Shown here: piece by piece, positions 1 through 9,689 of the stretch
Layout: each line of letters starts with the position of its first letter
Position numbering within the stretch: position 1 is the stretch's first letter
Source: an uncultured Pseudobdellovibrionaceae bacterium
GTDB taxonomy: Bacteria > Bdellovibrionota > Bdellovibrionia > Bdellovibrionales > UBA1609
Length of the DNA: 64,000 nucleotides
Assembly: GCA_963803705.1 (NCBI GenBank)
Contig: CAWDNU010000004.1
Coordinates: 224,001-288,000, forward strand
Reading direction: 5' to 3'
The notes under the pieces: model-generated
Told to the model about the DNA's origin: nothing
Seen by the model: only the letters and a program-made list of their open reading frames with translations
Database searches by the model: none
Program-made: the position numbers and the translations under genes

Positions 1-168
1 GACCTGATTTAATGGCACAGCTGTTGTCTTTAAAAAAGTGACATTTTTTGCGCCGACAAATACTCTGTTTTGTCGGTTTTTATGTGTCTTTGTGTGTTCT
101 ATTGGATTTAAAACATTCTTTAAATGAGTATAAGTTCCTTGCTGAGCCACATTCTCTCTTTCAAAATT

Positions 169-183
169 TGGCATAATTAATGC
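169..183 (+). promoter_or_regulatory. sigma54-type -24/-12 promoter
   Basis: TGGCATAATTAATGC has GG-N10-GC spacing, ~70 bp upstream of ORF 250. Confidence 0.5.
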
Positions 184-249
184 TGTAAATGTTTAAATTA
201 TACGACGACGAAGCAATGGGGCTTCGAAGGTTTTCGTATATTAACGAAG

Positions 250-603
250 GTGTTTATGAAAAAAATAGTTGCTTTATTTATTATATCTTTTGCTTCAACG
301 ATGTCATTTGCCAACGGAGCCGGTTTAACCCTAGATGAGGCAATAACAGCACTAAAAAATGATGTAGATCTAACTGCTGTTGCTAGAGCTATAGTATGTG
401 CTGAAGAACAAATCGGCTGCGATATTCCGACTCGACTTTATATGGTTGACAGTTTGTTTTCTAAGCCAACTGCCGTAATAACTTCATCTGATGTAGACGT
501 GCTTGAAAGAGCATTACTTGCGACCGAGCTATATTCTTCTGAAGAACTTGAAAGAATCGAGAAGGCATTAAATGAATTAAAGATAAGATTCTTAATTAAA
601 TAA
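250..603 (+). CDS. Small secreted hypothetical protein (passenger of IS256 element A)
   Basis: MKKIVALFIISFASTMSFA signal peptide; no recognisable domain. Confidence 0.8.
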   Translation: MFMKKIVALFIISFASTMSFANGAGLTLDEAITALKNDVDLTAVARAIVCAEEQIGCDIPTRLYMVDSLFSKPTAVITSSDVDVLERALLATELYSSEELERIEKALNELKIRFLIK

Positions 604-988
604 AGCCCTTGGTTTTGGTCTGATCTTTCAACGTTTTATTGTGCCTTTCAGTATCAGCTAGAGGGTATAAGTTTGCCTAGGGCCTAGAAACTGAGTCGAT
701 CTAAATTTGAAATTTTGCCACGGCGCCAAAAAATCATTGCGTTCATATTCTTAAATTGATAACAAATTGGTTCAAGAAGCGGCGATATCTGCCCATACAC
801 AAAATTTTTTACACTCTCTACTTAATCCAGATATGGTTTGTCGACCTTAATGGTGACCCAAGATTATATGCCAACACTATAGTGATTAATATGACCGATC
901 AAAGTCAGCCCAGTGTATTCAACAATTTTATCTAAATCAATTACAGCCCAAACTTATACCACCGAAGCGAAGCTTTTTGTTTGTGATT

Positions 989-1335
989 TAAATACTAAAT
1001 ACTAAATACTAAATACTAAATACTAAATACTAAATACTAGATACTAGATACTAGATACTAAATACTAAATACTAAATACTAAATACTAAATACTAAATAC
1101 TAAATACTAAATACTAAATACTAAATACTAAATACTAAATACTAAATACTAAATACTAAATACTAAATACTAAATACTAAATACTAAATACTAAATACTA
1201 AATACTAAATACTAAATACTAAATACTAAATACTAAATACTAAATACTAAATACTAAATACTAAATACTAAATACTAAATACTAAATACTAAATACTAAA
1301 TACTAAATACTAAATACTAAATACTAAATACTAAA
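989..1335. repeat. Heptanucleotide tandem array (TAAATAC)x49; units 8-10 are TAGATAC
   Basis: Counted directly: 989-1331 = 343 bp = 49 units. Confidence 0.97.
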
Positions 1336-1426
1336 ATTGTCCGAAAATAAAAATCTTATGCCAACTATTTTTTATTTATATTGCGTTATTTGTCGATTTT
1401 AATTCGTTATAAGTTAAACTACCTAA

Positions 1427-2628
1427 ATGAAAAACACGTATCCTCAAAAAATTTTAAAAGAAATCTGGAAAGACAACTTAATTTTAGATTCTGGTCTGGA
1501 ATTTATAACTAACAAAGACCTACATCAAAACTTAAAAAATCTTGTCGGCTCGGAACGAAAAATTTTATCAGTTATTTTAGATCATCTTACTGAAATATAT
1601 AAAAGACGTATGTATGCAGAACTAGGTTTCAGTTCCTTGTTCAAATACTGCACACATGCTTTAGGGTACTCAGACTCGGCTGCCTTAAGACGAAGAAAGA
1701 TTCAAATAACTTATTAGATATAACCGATGCTTTTAGTCCAGAAATAAATTCTAATTCAGGTAAGCTCAAACTTGAGGCTAACAAATCTAATATGTTAAAT
1801 AAACATTTTTTAGATAAACCTAGTTTAAATAAAATAGATAAACTTAAAATTCTTAAATCACTTGAATTTAAAACATCTTATGAAGTTCAAAAGGAATTCA
1901 TAAAAATGTCTCCAGAGGCAGCAAAAACCAAAGACCGACAAAAACCTTCTGCTGAAAACTTAACAGAGCTGACTGTAACCTTATCTGATATACAAATAAA
2001 TAAATTGAACCGTCTTAAACAACTGCGGCCTGATTTAAGAAACACTGCCGATCTATTGGAATGGCTTATAGATTCTAATTTAAAGATTGAAAACAATAAG
2101 CAAGACAAAAAGATAAGAAAAATGACTGTACTAAGCCCTAACAGTAATTCAGTACCTAGGGCTACTCAACATGAAGAAAAACAAAACTATAAAGTAACCA
2201 TAATCTTAGCCAACAATGAAATTAGCTCAATTCAAAATTTAACCAAAATCACAAACAAAGATTTGGATTCTGTTCATGATACCAATGTTAAAGATCGCAA
2301 AGCTAGTAACACTGCTCAATCTTATACCACCGAAACGGATGCCAGGCCCAACTTAAAAGCAAGTCAGTTCCGCACTTTAAAAAATGTCAAAAACAACATT
2401 CCGGCAAATTATAAGCCTATTGAAGGTACAAACTCGCCTGCCACTTGTAGCTTTGTAAGCAAAGCTGGTAAAAGATGTCACGAAATTTTTGGATTAGAAG
2501 TCGATCATATCCATCCGAAAGCCAAAGGCGGCTCTAGCCTACCCAATAATTTAAGATGGCTATGCAAGGCCCTTGATCAACTGGCAGCTCTAGAGCACTT
2601 TGGTCAAAGCAAATGGGGTTTTATTTAA
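1427..2628 (+). pseudogene. Split/decayed HNH endonuclease of the DUF222-like type common in Bdellovibrionota/Myxococcota
   Basis: N-terminal motif ERKILSVILDHLTEIYKRRMYAELGFSSLFKYCTHALGYSDSAALRR (1427-1717); C-terminal C..C..LEVDHIHPKAKGGSSLPNNLRWLC (1792-2628); the usual terminal HN reads LD. Confidence 0.7.
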
Positions 2629-2776
2629 TTTAGTGTTGCTCTGAATGCTTATAGTGTAGTTAGTTTTTAATATAAACACATCGCAAACTTGCATTAAGTA
2701 TTTACACCCGAAAACCTTAATTATTTTTCTGTCAGCAAGCTTTAAGATGCAAAGATTAATTCAGGTCCTAGTCATC

Positions 2777-3268
2777 CTAATTTCCTATCACAACTGAACT
2801 TTTTAGCTCCTCACCTACTGGAGCCTCAAAGTAGTTTTCCATCCAGTCAAAGGTTTCAACACTCACTTCAAATTCAAAAGTGTCTGTCTTTTCAATGTTT
2901 CTTTTTTGCACTCTAGATTTTCTGATATCTATTGGAATATCTAAAAAGTGAAGTTCTGTGACAAATCCCGCCTTTAGAACTAACTGCATAAAATGATCTC
3001 GCTGCTTCTTTTTTGAAAAACCTAAGTCCAGTATAATTGGCACACCACTTTTTAAAAGCCGCTCACCCACATTCCAAATTTGTTTTTCGCATCGACCAAC
3101 TTTATCAATGGCCCAGTTAAGATCTGGTGAACTTGGTGCGTCCATCCAAAACAGTGTTTTCATCCACTCATCAATTGAAAACACTTGAGCATTCTTAATT
3201 TTAGCCAAAGTTCTTGAATAAGTTGTTTTACCTGCTCCAGTAGAGCCAGTTATTAAATACACGTTCAT
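2777..3268 (-). CDS. P-loop kinase / AAA_33-like ATP-binding protein
   Basis: GSTGAGKTT Walker A, FSIDEWM, ILDLGF motifs. Confidence 0.8.
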   Translation of the reverse strand: MNVYLITGSTGAGKTTYSRTLAKIKNAQVFSIDEWMKTLFWMDAPSSPDLNWAIDKVGRCEKQIWNVGERLLKSGVPIILDLGFSKKKQRDHFMQLVLKAGFVTELHFLDIPIDIRKSRVQKRNIEKTDTFEFEVSVETFDWMENYFEAPVGEELKSSVVIGN

Positions 3269-3307
3269 ACCTAAATATTAATAGCCAATTATGCACTCTG
3301 TAAACCC

Positions 3308-3541
3308 ATGATATTTCAAATAGTACACGTCTTAATTTATATAAATCTTAGCTTAAAAAGCGAGTTCTTTGGCATGAAAGTCTGCAAAAATCTATTTGGA
3401 TAATAACTGTGTCTATAAAACGGCATAAAAAATTATTAGAAACCCATGAGTGTATACGTGCAGGCTAAATGATAAAGCATGTTCGAGCCTTTTAAAGCTA
3501 AGATTTATATAAATTAAGACGTATACTTTTTGAAATATCAT
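3308..3541 (-). repeat. Giant-hairpin family copy 1 (53-bp arms, 50/53 complementary; core in reverse orientation)
   Basis: Arms 3308-3360 and 3489-3541; reverse-complement core GCTCGAACATGCTTTATCAT...CCTGC...GCAGACTTTCATGCCAAAGAACTCG. Confidence 0.9.
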
Positions 3542-3582
3542 TACACTAGACTTATCAATCCGTTAACGTTTACAATATAAGC

Positions 3583-5273
3583 ATGGCTGGTAAACACTCT
3601 ATAGATCATTTACTACTTAAAAGTACTAGCCTGAACAAGGACGAAATCAAATCTTTGTTCCAGACAAAAATATCTGGTGGATCTACCATTCAACAAATTT
3701 TAGAAAGTAAAAAGGTAAAATCACCAGATCAGTTGGTTAAAGACCTATGTACACTTTTGGGAATGGAGTACATGAGTGACATTCCAATTAACGATATTTC
3801 ACCAGATCTTGTTCGTGATATCCCAATTAACTATGCAAAAAACCAAGAAGTTTTGCCCTTTAAAGATGATAGAAACACGGTCACTGTCTTAATTTCAAAT
3901 CCTTTGAATTACAGGGCGCTGGATGATCTAAAAGTCATCTTCGGGAAATCAGTGCACGCCATTGTCTCTACTTCACAAAATTTAAAAGATGCAATTAACC
4001 GAGTATACGAGAAAAGCACGTCAAACTTCAAAGGTATTGAAGAGATCGGTGAAGACGAATACGATCTTGACGACCCGGTTATCGATTTGCTTGACGCCGA
4101 CGAGGGTGATGCCCCGGTAATCAAACTTGTGAACAGCTTATTATTTAGGGCAGTAAAAGAAAAAGCATCAGATATTCATATTGAACCTTACGAAAAAGAT
4201 ATGGTAGTCAGGTTTCGTATTGACGGCGTTTTATTTGATATTTTTAAACCACCTAAGAAGCTTCAAAATGCGATCACATCAAGAATAAAAGTGATGGGTA
4301 ACCTAAATATAGCAGAAAAGCGGCTTCCCCAGGACGGCGAATTCCACTCAAACTTGCGGGTAAGGATATCGATGTGCGTTTAAGCACACTGCCCACTGCA
4401 TTTGGTGAACGTATAGTGATGCGTCTTCAGGATAGATCCAACGTGATTTTAGATTTAGCTCAGCTTGGTTTTTCAAAACTGTCTTTAGATAAAATTGCTC
4501 ATGTTTTAAATAAGACCTACGGCATTATGCTTGTCACTGGACCGACTGGCTCTGGTAAATCAACAACACTTTATTCTTGTTTGCAAAAAATCAATTCTAT
4601 CGATCGAAATATCTTAACTGTTGAAGAACCAGTGGAGCAAAGAATCCATGGAATAGGTCAGATCCAAGTCAACAGTAAAATTGGACTTACTTTTGCTGCG
4701 GGGCTTAGGTCAATTTTACGTCAAGATCCGAACGTGGTAATGGTTGGTGAGATTCGTGATCTTGAAACAGCAGAGATTTCAATCAACGCTTCTTTAACTG
4801 GTCACATAGTTCTTTCCACTATTCATACCAACGACTCTTCAGGGGTGTTTCCTAGACTTATCGATATGGGGTGCGAGCCTTTTCTAATTGCAACTTCGCT
4901 TTTAGGAGTTATAGCTCAGCGACTGGTGCGAGTGCTTTGTCCAATGTGTAAACAATCTTATACTCCTACAACATCTGAACTTTTGTCTATGGAACTTAGG
5001 CCCGAGGATGTGAAAGATGCTAAATTTTGTAAACCTGTAGGTTGTAATGAATGTAATCAAAAGGGTTATCTAGGTCGAACACTTATTGAAGAATTTTTAG
5101 ACGTCACCGATGACATAAAGGCTTTGATTATGCGCCGTGAAGACGGTGGGACGATCAGGAAAAAAGCAGTTCAAGAAGGCATGCAAACATTTAGAACCCA
5201 TGGTATCAAAAAGGCCATGTAGGGGATCACCTCTGTCCAAGAAGTTTTGTCTAACACTCAAGTGGATTCTTAA
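3583..5273 (+). CDS. gspE: Type II secretion ATPase GspE (1-bp frameshift near 4340; in-frame TAG at 5220)
   Basis: ASDIHIEP, RLPQDG, GPTGSGKSTTLY, LRQDPNVVMVGEIRD, tetracysteine motif; the C-terminus GITSVQEVL continues in frame after the TAG. Confidence 0.9.
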
Positions 5274-5281
5274 TCTAGACC

Positions 5282-6499
5282 ATGGCTATTTACGAATACA
5301 AAGGTTTTAATAAAAAAGGAAAAACTGTAAAGGGTCAGATAGACTCTGATAGCCAAAGATCAGCTCGAATTAAACTTAAAAAAGATGGCGTATTTGTTAG
5401 TGAAATTAAGGACAAATCTAAAGCCCGGAAAGGTTCAAAAAAGAAAAGCTCAAGCAACCAGTCTAAAGTAAGCATTCAGGACTTATCTCAAACTACTCGG
5501 CAGCTGGCGACTTTGGTTAAAGCTAGCATTCCTTTGGTTGAATGTTTAGGTGCTGTTTCAGAACAGACTGAAAATTCAGTCCTAAAAGAGGCCTTTTCAG
5601 AACTTAGAAATATGGTTAACGAGGGCCAGACACTTCACAAAGGTTTAGTGAAATACCCAAAAGTATTCAATAAAATTTACGTTACAATGGTACAGGCTGG
5701 CGAGTTGTCAGGAACACTTGACCTTATTTTGCTTCGGCTTGCAGAATTTTTAGAGGCTCAGCACGAGCTTTCCAGTAGAGTCAGATCAGCAATGATTTAT
5801 CCTACCGTGATGATTATATTTACATTACTGATCTTAGTCGGTCTTTTTGTGTTTTTAGTTCCCAGCATGCGAGAAATCTTTGAAGGTGAAGGTCAAGAAT
5901 TACCTGCACTGTCCAAAGCGGTTTTCGACACCAGTGATTTTATAATTGAATATTATATTCCCCTTATCATCAGTATTGCATTAGCCGTTTTTATGTTTTT
6001 TTCTTGGAAGAAGTCGCCAAAAGGTTCTTTAGCGTGGGATGGCTTTATTTTAAGATTTCCAGTTGTAGGACGGCTTGCAAGGCTTATTGCTGTCAGTCGT
6101 TTTACCCGCACCCTATCAACATTACTTACTGGTGGTGTACCCATGCTGGACGCCCTGGGTATTGTCAGAAATGTCGTCAATAATCAAGTTCTTGCAATAG
6201 CTATAGATAATGCAACAGACAATATCAGAGAGGGTGAATCAATTGCTGGACCCTTAAAAAAATCTGGTCAGTTTCCGCCCATTGTTATTCATATGATCAA
6301 CGTAGGTGAAAAAACTGGAGAACTAGAACTGATGCTCAATCAAGTTAGCGAAGCCTATGATTTTCAAGTCAAAAATGATGTAGATGGTCTGACATCACTT
6401 TTAACACCGGTGATGTTAGTTTTAATGGGCGGTGTAATCTCTATCGTCATCTTCGCTATCCTAATGCCTATGTTCGAAATGCTGAATTTTACAGGCTAA
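5282..6499 (+). CDS. gspF: Type II secretion inner-membrane protein GspF
   Basis: TRQLATLV, GELSGTLD, AMIYP, GEKTGEL motifs. Confidence 0.93.
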   Translation: MAIYEYKGFNKKGKTVKGQIDSDSQRSARIKLKKDGVFVSEIKDKSKARKGSKKKSSSNQSKVSIQDLSQTTRQLATLVKASIPLVECLGAVSEQTENSVLKEAFSELRNMVNEGQTLHKGLVKYPKVFNKIYVTMVQAGELSGTLDLILLRLAEFLEAQHELSSRVRSAMIYPTVMIIFTLLILVGLFVFLVPSMREIFEGEGQELPALSKAVFDTSDFIIEYYIPLIISIALAVFMFFSWKKSPKGSLAWDGFILRFPVVGRLARLIAVSRFTRTLSTLLTGGVPMLDALGIVRNVVNNQVLAIAIDNATDNIREGESIAGPLKKSGQFPPIVIHMINVGEKTGELELMLNQVSEAYDFQVKNDVDGLTSLLTPVMLVLMGGVISIVIFAILMPMFEMLNFTG

Positions 6500-6527
6500 T
6501 TGTTTAAAGTGGAATCAAGTAGCCATC

Positions 6528-6705
6528 AACTTCTGAACTAAATTCTTTAAAAAAATAAATTTAAGAAATATCACTCTTAAAAACGCTCAATCATACGTTT
6601 GGCATTTGCTTGCAAAAAAATATCAAGCTGCATGCCAAGCCGAGCTCGGTTTTTAAGAGTGATATTTCTTAAATTTATTTTTTTAAAGAATTTAGTTCAG
6701 AAGTT
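6528..6705 (+). repeat. Giant-hairpin family copy 2 (perfect 57-bp arms)
   Basis: 6528-6584 is the exact reverse complement of 6649-6705; core GCTCAATCATACGTTTGGCAT..GCTTG..CAAGC..ATGCCAAGCCGAGCTCG. Confidence 0.95.
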
Positions 6706-6880
6706 TAATTGCGCACCACCTAAAGAACAGAGTTCTACCAACGATTAAACAGAGCGTTAATGATGAGCTAATTTCTATTCAATCTAAATCCACTATTTGA
6801 AATAGCCGCCTTTACAGGTTAATATTGGCAGATAAAATTTAAGAAATATCTATTTAGTAATTATCCAAGGAGCATCCACT

Positions 6881-7339
6881 TTGAAAACACTTAATCCTCT
6901 AAACCTTAATCTTAACCTAAGCTCTAAAACTGAACCTGAGAAAGGTTTCACCTTAGTTGAAATTATGATCGTGTTAGTGATCTTAGGTGGCTTATTTACA
7001 CTTCTAGGTGGTCGAGTGTTTGGGCAAAGAGACCGCGCAAATGTGACAGTGGCTAAAATTCAAATTAGTAAGATTACTAGTGCTATCGAGCTTTTTTATA
7101 ATGACTGTGACCAATACCCACAGGACTTAGAGCAATTGATCAAAAAGCCAAGCGAAGATGTTTGTGAAAATTGGCAACCCAAGGGCTACCTAAAAAGTGC
7201 AAAAGACTTAAAAGACCCTTGGAAAAATGACTTTGTTTATGAAGTTGAAGGTGGCGGTTTTATCGTAAGATCTTTGGGTAAAGATAAACAGCCAGGTGGA
7301 GATGAGTATAACACGGACATAAGCTCTGAAGACCTATAA
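6881..7339 (+). CDS. gspG: Major pseudopilin GspG
   Basis: G|FTLVEIMIV prepilin site; KDPWKNDFVY and SLGKDKQPGG motifs. Confidence 0.92.
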   Translation: MKTLNPLNLNLNLSSKTEPEKGFTLVEIMIVLVILGGLFTLLGGRVFGQRDRANVTVAKIQISKITSAIELFYNDCDQYPQDLEQLIKKPSEDVCENWQPKGYLKSAKDLKDPWKNDFVYEVEGGGFIVRSLGKDKQPGGDEYNTDISSEDL

Positions 7340-7958
7340 GACGCAGTTTGGTTTTACATTAATTGAACTGCTAATAGTTATAATAATTATTGCAGGAGTT
7401 TTTGCTACCTTAGCTCCAGGTTTTTTTACTAAGTCTGATCGGGAGCTAAGAAGAGAAGTTAGAAGGCTAAGTTTATTAGCTAAAGACGTAAGAAACCGCG
7501 CTGTTTTGACTAAAAACACTCACCGCATAGCTTTTATTATTAAAGAAAAACAAGTTACATTTGCAGTCGAAGAGGCTTTGGGCCAAGTAAGACTGGATGA
7601 CCCCGAAGAGCGCTTAAAGTTTATCAACAGTCAGAAAAACTTTACGGACGCTGAGTTGGAAGCCTATCAGAAAACCAATCCCTTTAAACCAGTTGATCGA
7701 TTTTCGAAAGACGGTCCGATGAAACTGATGGAGGCTCTTACAATAAAACAAATTGAACTGCAGGGAATCAAGGAGCCTTTCACTGAAGGAGAGGTCGCTA
7801 TTTATTTTATGCCAGAGGGTTATGTTGAACTTGCAGTTATTCAAGTTCAGACTAGGACAGAGTCCCTTAAGTGGACCTTGGTGACCTCGCCCTTAATCGG
7901 TAGAATGGATGTTTTCGAAGGACACCTTAATATGGAACAGATTGAAGATAGAAAATGA
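7326..7958 (+). CDS. gspH: Minor pseudopilin GspH (probable CTG start; longer than the ORF-track call at 7506)
   Basis: Frame open from CTG 7326: LKTYKTQFG|FTLIELLIVIIIIAG; in-frame TAA at 7320. Confidence 0.75.
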   Translation: MKTYKTQFGFTLIELLIVIIIIAGVFATLAPGFFTKSDRELRREVRRLSLLAKDVRNRAVLTKNTHRIAFIIKEKQVTFAVEEALGQVRLDDPEERLKFINSQKNFTDAELEAYQKTNPFKPVDRFSKDGPMKLMEALTIKQIELQGIKEPFTEGEVAIYFMPEGYVELAVIQVQTRTESLKWTLVTSPLIGRMDVFEGHLNMEQIEDRK

Positions 7959-8605
7959 TTTTATCTAAAGGCACTTTTATTCTTAAAATGGATTCGACTA
8001 AATTTTTTTCGAAACTAACACCAAAAACCAAAAATTGTTTACCACTAAATTCTAAAGGCTTTACTTTAGTTGAAGTTTTAATAGCAGTTACTATATTAGC
8101 TACCATAGCTGTAATAGTCAGCAGTTCTTGGGGTGGCAACGTTGTTCGTCTTAAGTCATCTAAAGTTAAGGTCAATGCTGTAGAACTTCTGCAGCGAAAA
8201 ATTATAGAGATTGAAGCCGAATATACCGGTAATGCCGATTCTCTTCCGTCTGAAAAACAAACTGGAACTTTTGAAGATGAGCGCTTTAAAAATTATTCGT
8301 GGCAGTGGGAATCCCAAGAGATAAATATCCCGGATATTTCAGCACTGGTTGAGACCGATGGTCAAGACACTTTAGTAGTCGCTGTGCTTGATAATTTTAG
8401 AACTTACCTAAATCAATCTATCAAAGAGGTCTTAGTTACAGTTGAATATAAGCAGGGCAAAGAAAAGCCCTACAAATTTTCTGTACCTTTTTATATTGTA
8501 AACTTTGACAACCAAATTTCATTGGGTATTGCCGGAGCAGATGGCGGTTCGGCCCTTCCAACAGGTAACCAGGGCTCTGGCAGTGGCACACCTGGTGGTC
8601 GTTAA
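7955..8605 (+). CDS. gspI: Minor pseudopilin GspI
   Basis: G|FTLVEVLIA prepilin motif; operon position. Confidence 0.8.
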   Translation: MILSKGTFILKMDSTKFFSKLTPKTKNCLPLNSKGFTLVEVLIAVTILATIAVIVSSSWGGNVVRLKSSKVKVNAVELLQRKIIEIEAEYTGNADSLPSEKQTGTFEDERFKNYSWQWESQEINIPDISALVETDGQDTLVVAVLDNFRTYLNQSIKEVLVTVEYKQGKEKPYKFSVPFYIVNFDNQISLGIAGADGGSALPTGNQGSGSGTPGGR

Positions 8606-8606
8606 A

Positions 8607-9689
8607 ATGTTTAAACTAAAAGATATGACTCTCTTTACAGCCAACCCCAGCTTTAGGATTAGCACCAATATAAAAGTTAAAACCAGGCAAAGATTAGATT
8701 TACAAAGTGGTTTTACCTTAGTTGAGCTAATGATTGCTCTTGTTATTTTAGCTTTTATTAGTTTTTACACCGCGCAGTCTATTAGAACGACTGTGACTTT
8801 TAGCAAAAAAATTCAAACAGATGTAGATATAAATTCTGAAGTGCATGCAGCGATCAGTTTATTGAAGACGGACATTGCACGTGCCTTTAACTCCAGAGAC
8901 CTTTATGTTGCAGTCTACAACGAGGCACAAAGAGAACATATAAGTAGATGGCAAGAGGCTAAGAATAAACCTGCAGGAACTGGCGCTGGAACTGGAACGC
9001 CTGGTTCGGCCGCACCGGTAACGCCGCAGCAACAAGTGCAGCAAAATCAAAGTCCCCCTCCTGAGTATAAATTTAGAGCAGAAGTTGTACTTACAGATTT
9101 TGTAGGGACTGAAAGCAAGTTGAATTTTTCTTCTTTAAATGGAAACGCTATTAGAAAAAGTACAAATGCCAGTGAACTTGTTGAAATAGGTTACGAAGTT
9201 AAATCATGTAAACGAAGGGGCAAAGCACAAAAGTCTACTGACTGTTTGTGGCGTCGGTTAGCGTATTACTTAGATGGAGATGTTGAAGAAGGTGGACAAG
9301 AGTCGGTCCTAATCGAAGACGTGACTGATTTTAAACTTAAGTACTTAAGAAAAAAAGCAGACGAAGAATTAGAGTGGCGGGATAAATGGATCAAAGGTGA
9401 CGCCAACACCGAAAATCGACTTCCATTAGCAGTTGAAATAAGTTTAGAAGTTTCAAAGCCAATAGATAAGGCCGAAAAAAATCTAAAGACAAAAAGAGTC
9501 GTTGCCTATGTTCCAATTAATTTTGAAAATAATAAGTACGTCCAACAAATTAACGAGATGAATGCTAAAGGCAACCCCTTAACTGATCCAGCGCAAGGAC
9601 AGTCCGCGCCGTTTACACAACCCCAAACCACAACACCTGCTGCAGGTGGGCAACCAAATCCCACTGGGTTCAATTCTGGGGCATTTTGA
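8607..9689 (+). CDS. gspJ: Minor pseudopilin GspJ
   Basis: G|FTLVELMIA, LWRR, LPLAVEI motifs; ATG at 8607 right after the gspI stop. Confidence 0.82.
   Translation: MFKLKDMTLFTANPSFRISTNIKVKTRQRLDLQSGFTLVELMIALVILAFISFYTAQSIRTTVTFSKKIQTDVDINSEVHAAISLLKTDIARAFNSRDLYVAVYNEAQREHISRWQEAKNKPAGTGAGTGTPGSAAPVTPQQQVQQNQSPPPEYKFRAEVVLTDFVGTESKLNFSSLNGNAIRKSTNASELVEIGYEVKSCKRRGKAQKSTDCLWRRLAYYLDGDVEEGGQESVLIEDVTDFKLKYLRKKADEELEWRDKWIKGDANTENRLPLAVEISLEVSKPIDKAEKNLKTKRVVAYVPINFENNKYVQQINEMNAKGNPLTDPAQGQSAPFTQPQTTTPAAGGQPNPTGFNSGAF

Larger units (their letters stand above)
1..818 (+). mobile_element. Right part of an IS256-family element with passenger gene (transposase lies before the window)
   Basis: Bases 1-12 GAC CTG ATT TAA (D-L-I-stop) match the C-terminus of the IS256 transposase at 20162 (KLDLI-stop); 32-143 and 606-817 are ~80% identical to 20035-20144 and 19439-19652; ends in TACACAAAATTTTTTACACTCTC, an IS256-type terminal repeat. 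Confidence 0.75.

Noticed and set aside
3308..3541. Retron msr-msd interpretation of the inverted-repeat elements
   Set aside because: No reverse transcriptase near any copy; copies are dispersed among housekeeping genes.
5220..5222. Stop-codon reassignment (in-frame TAG in gspE and in the integrase)
   Set aside because: TAG ends conserved genes at their normal positions (ssb, infB, spoT); isolated miscall or mutation is more likely.
6598..6615. sigma54 promoter as the conserved core of the giant hairpins
   Set aside because: GG-to-GC spacing varies among copies (9, 10, 11 nt) and the TGGCA is paired within the stem.
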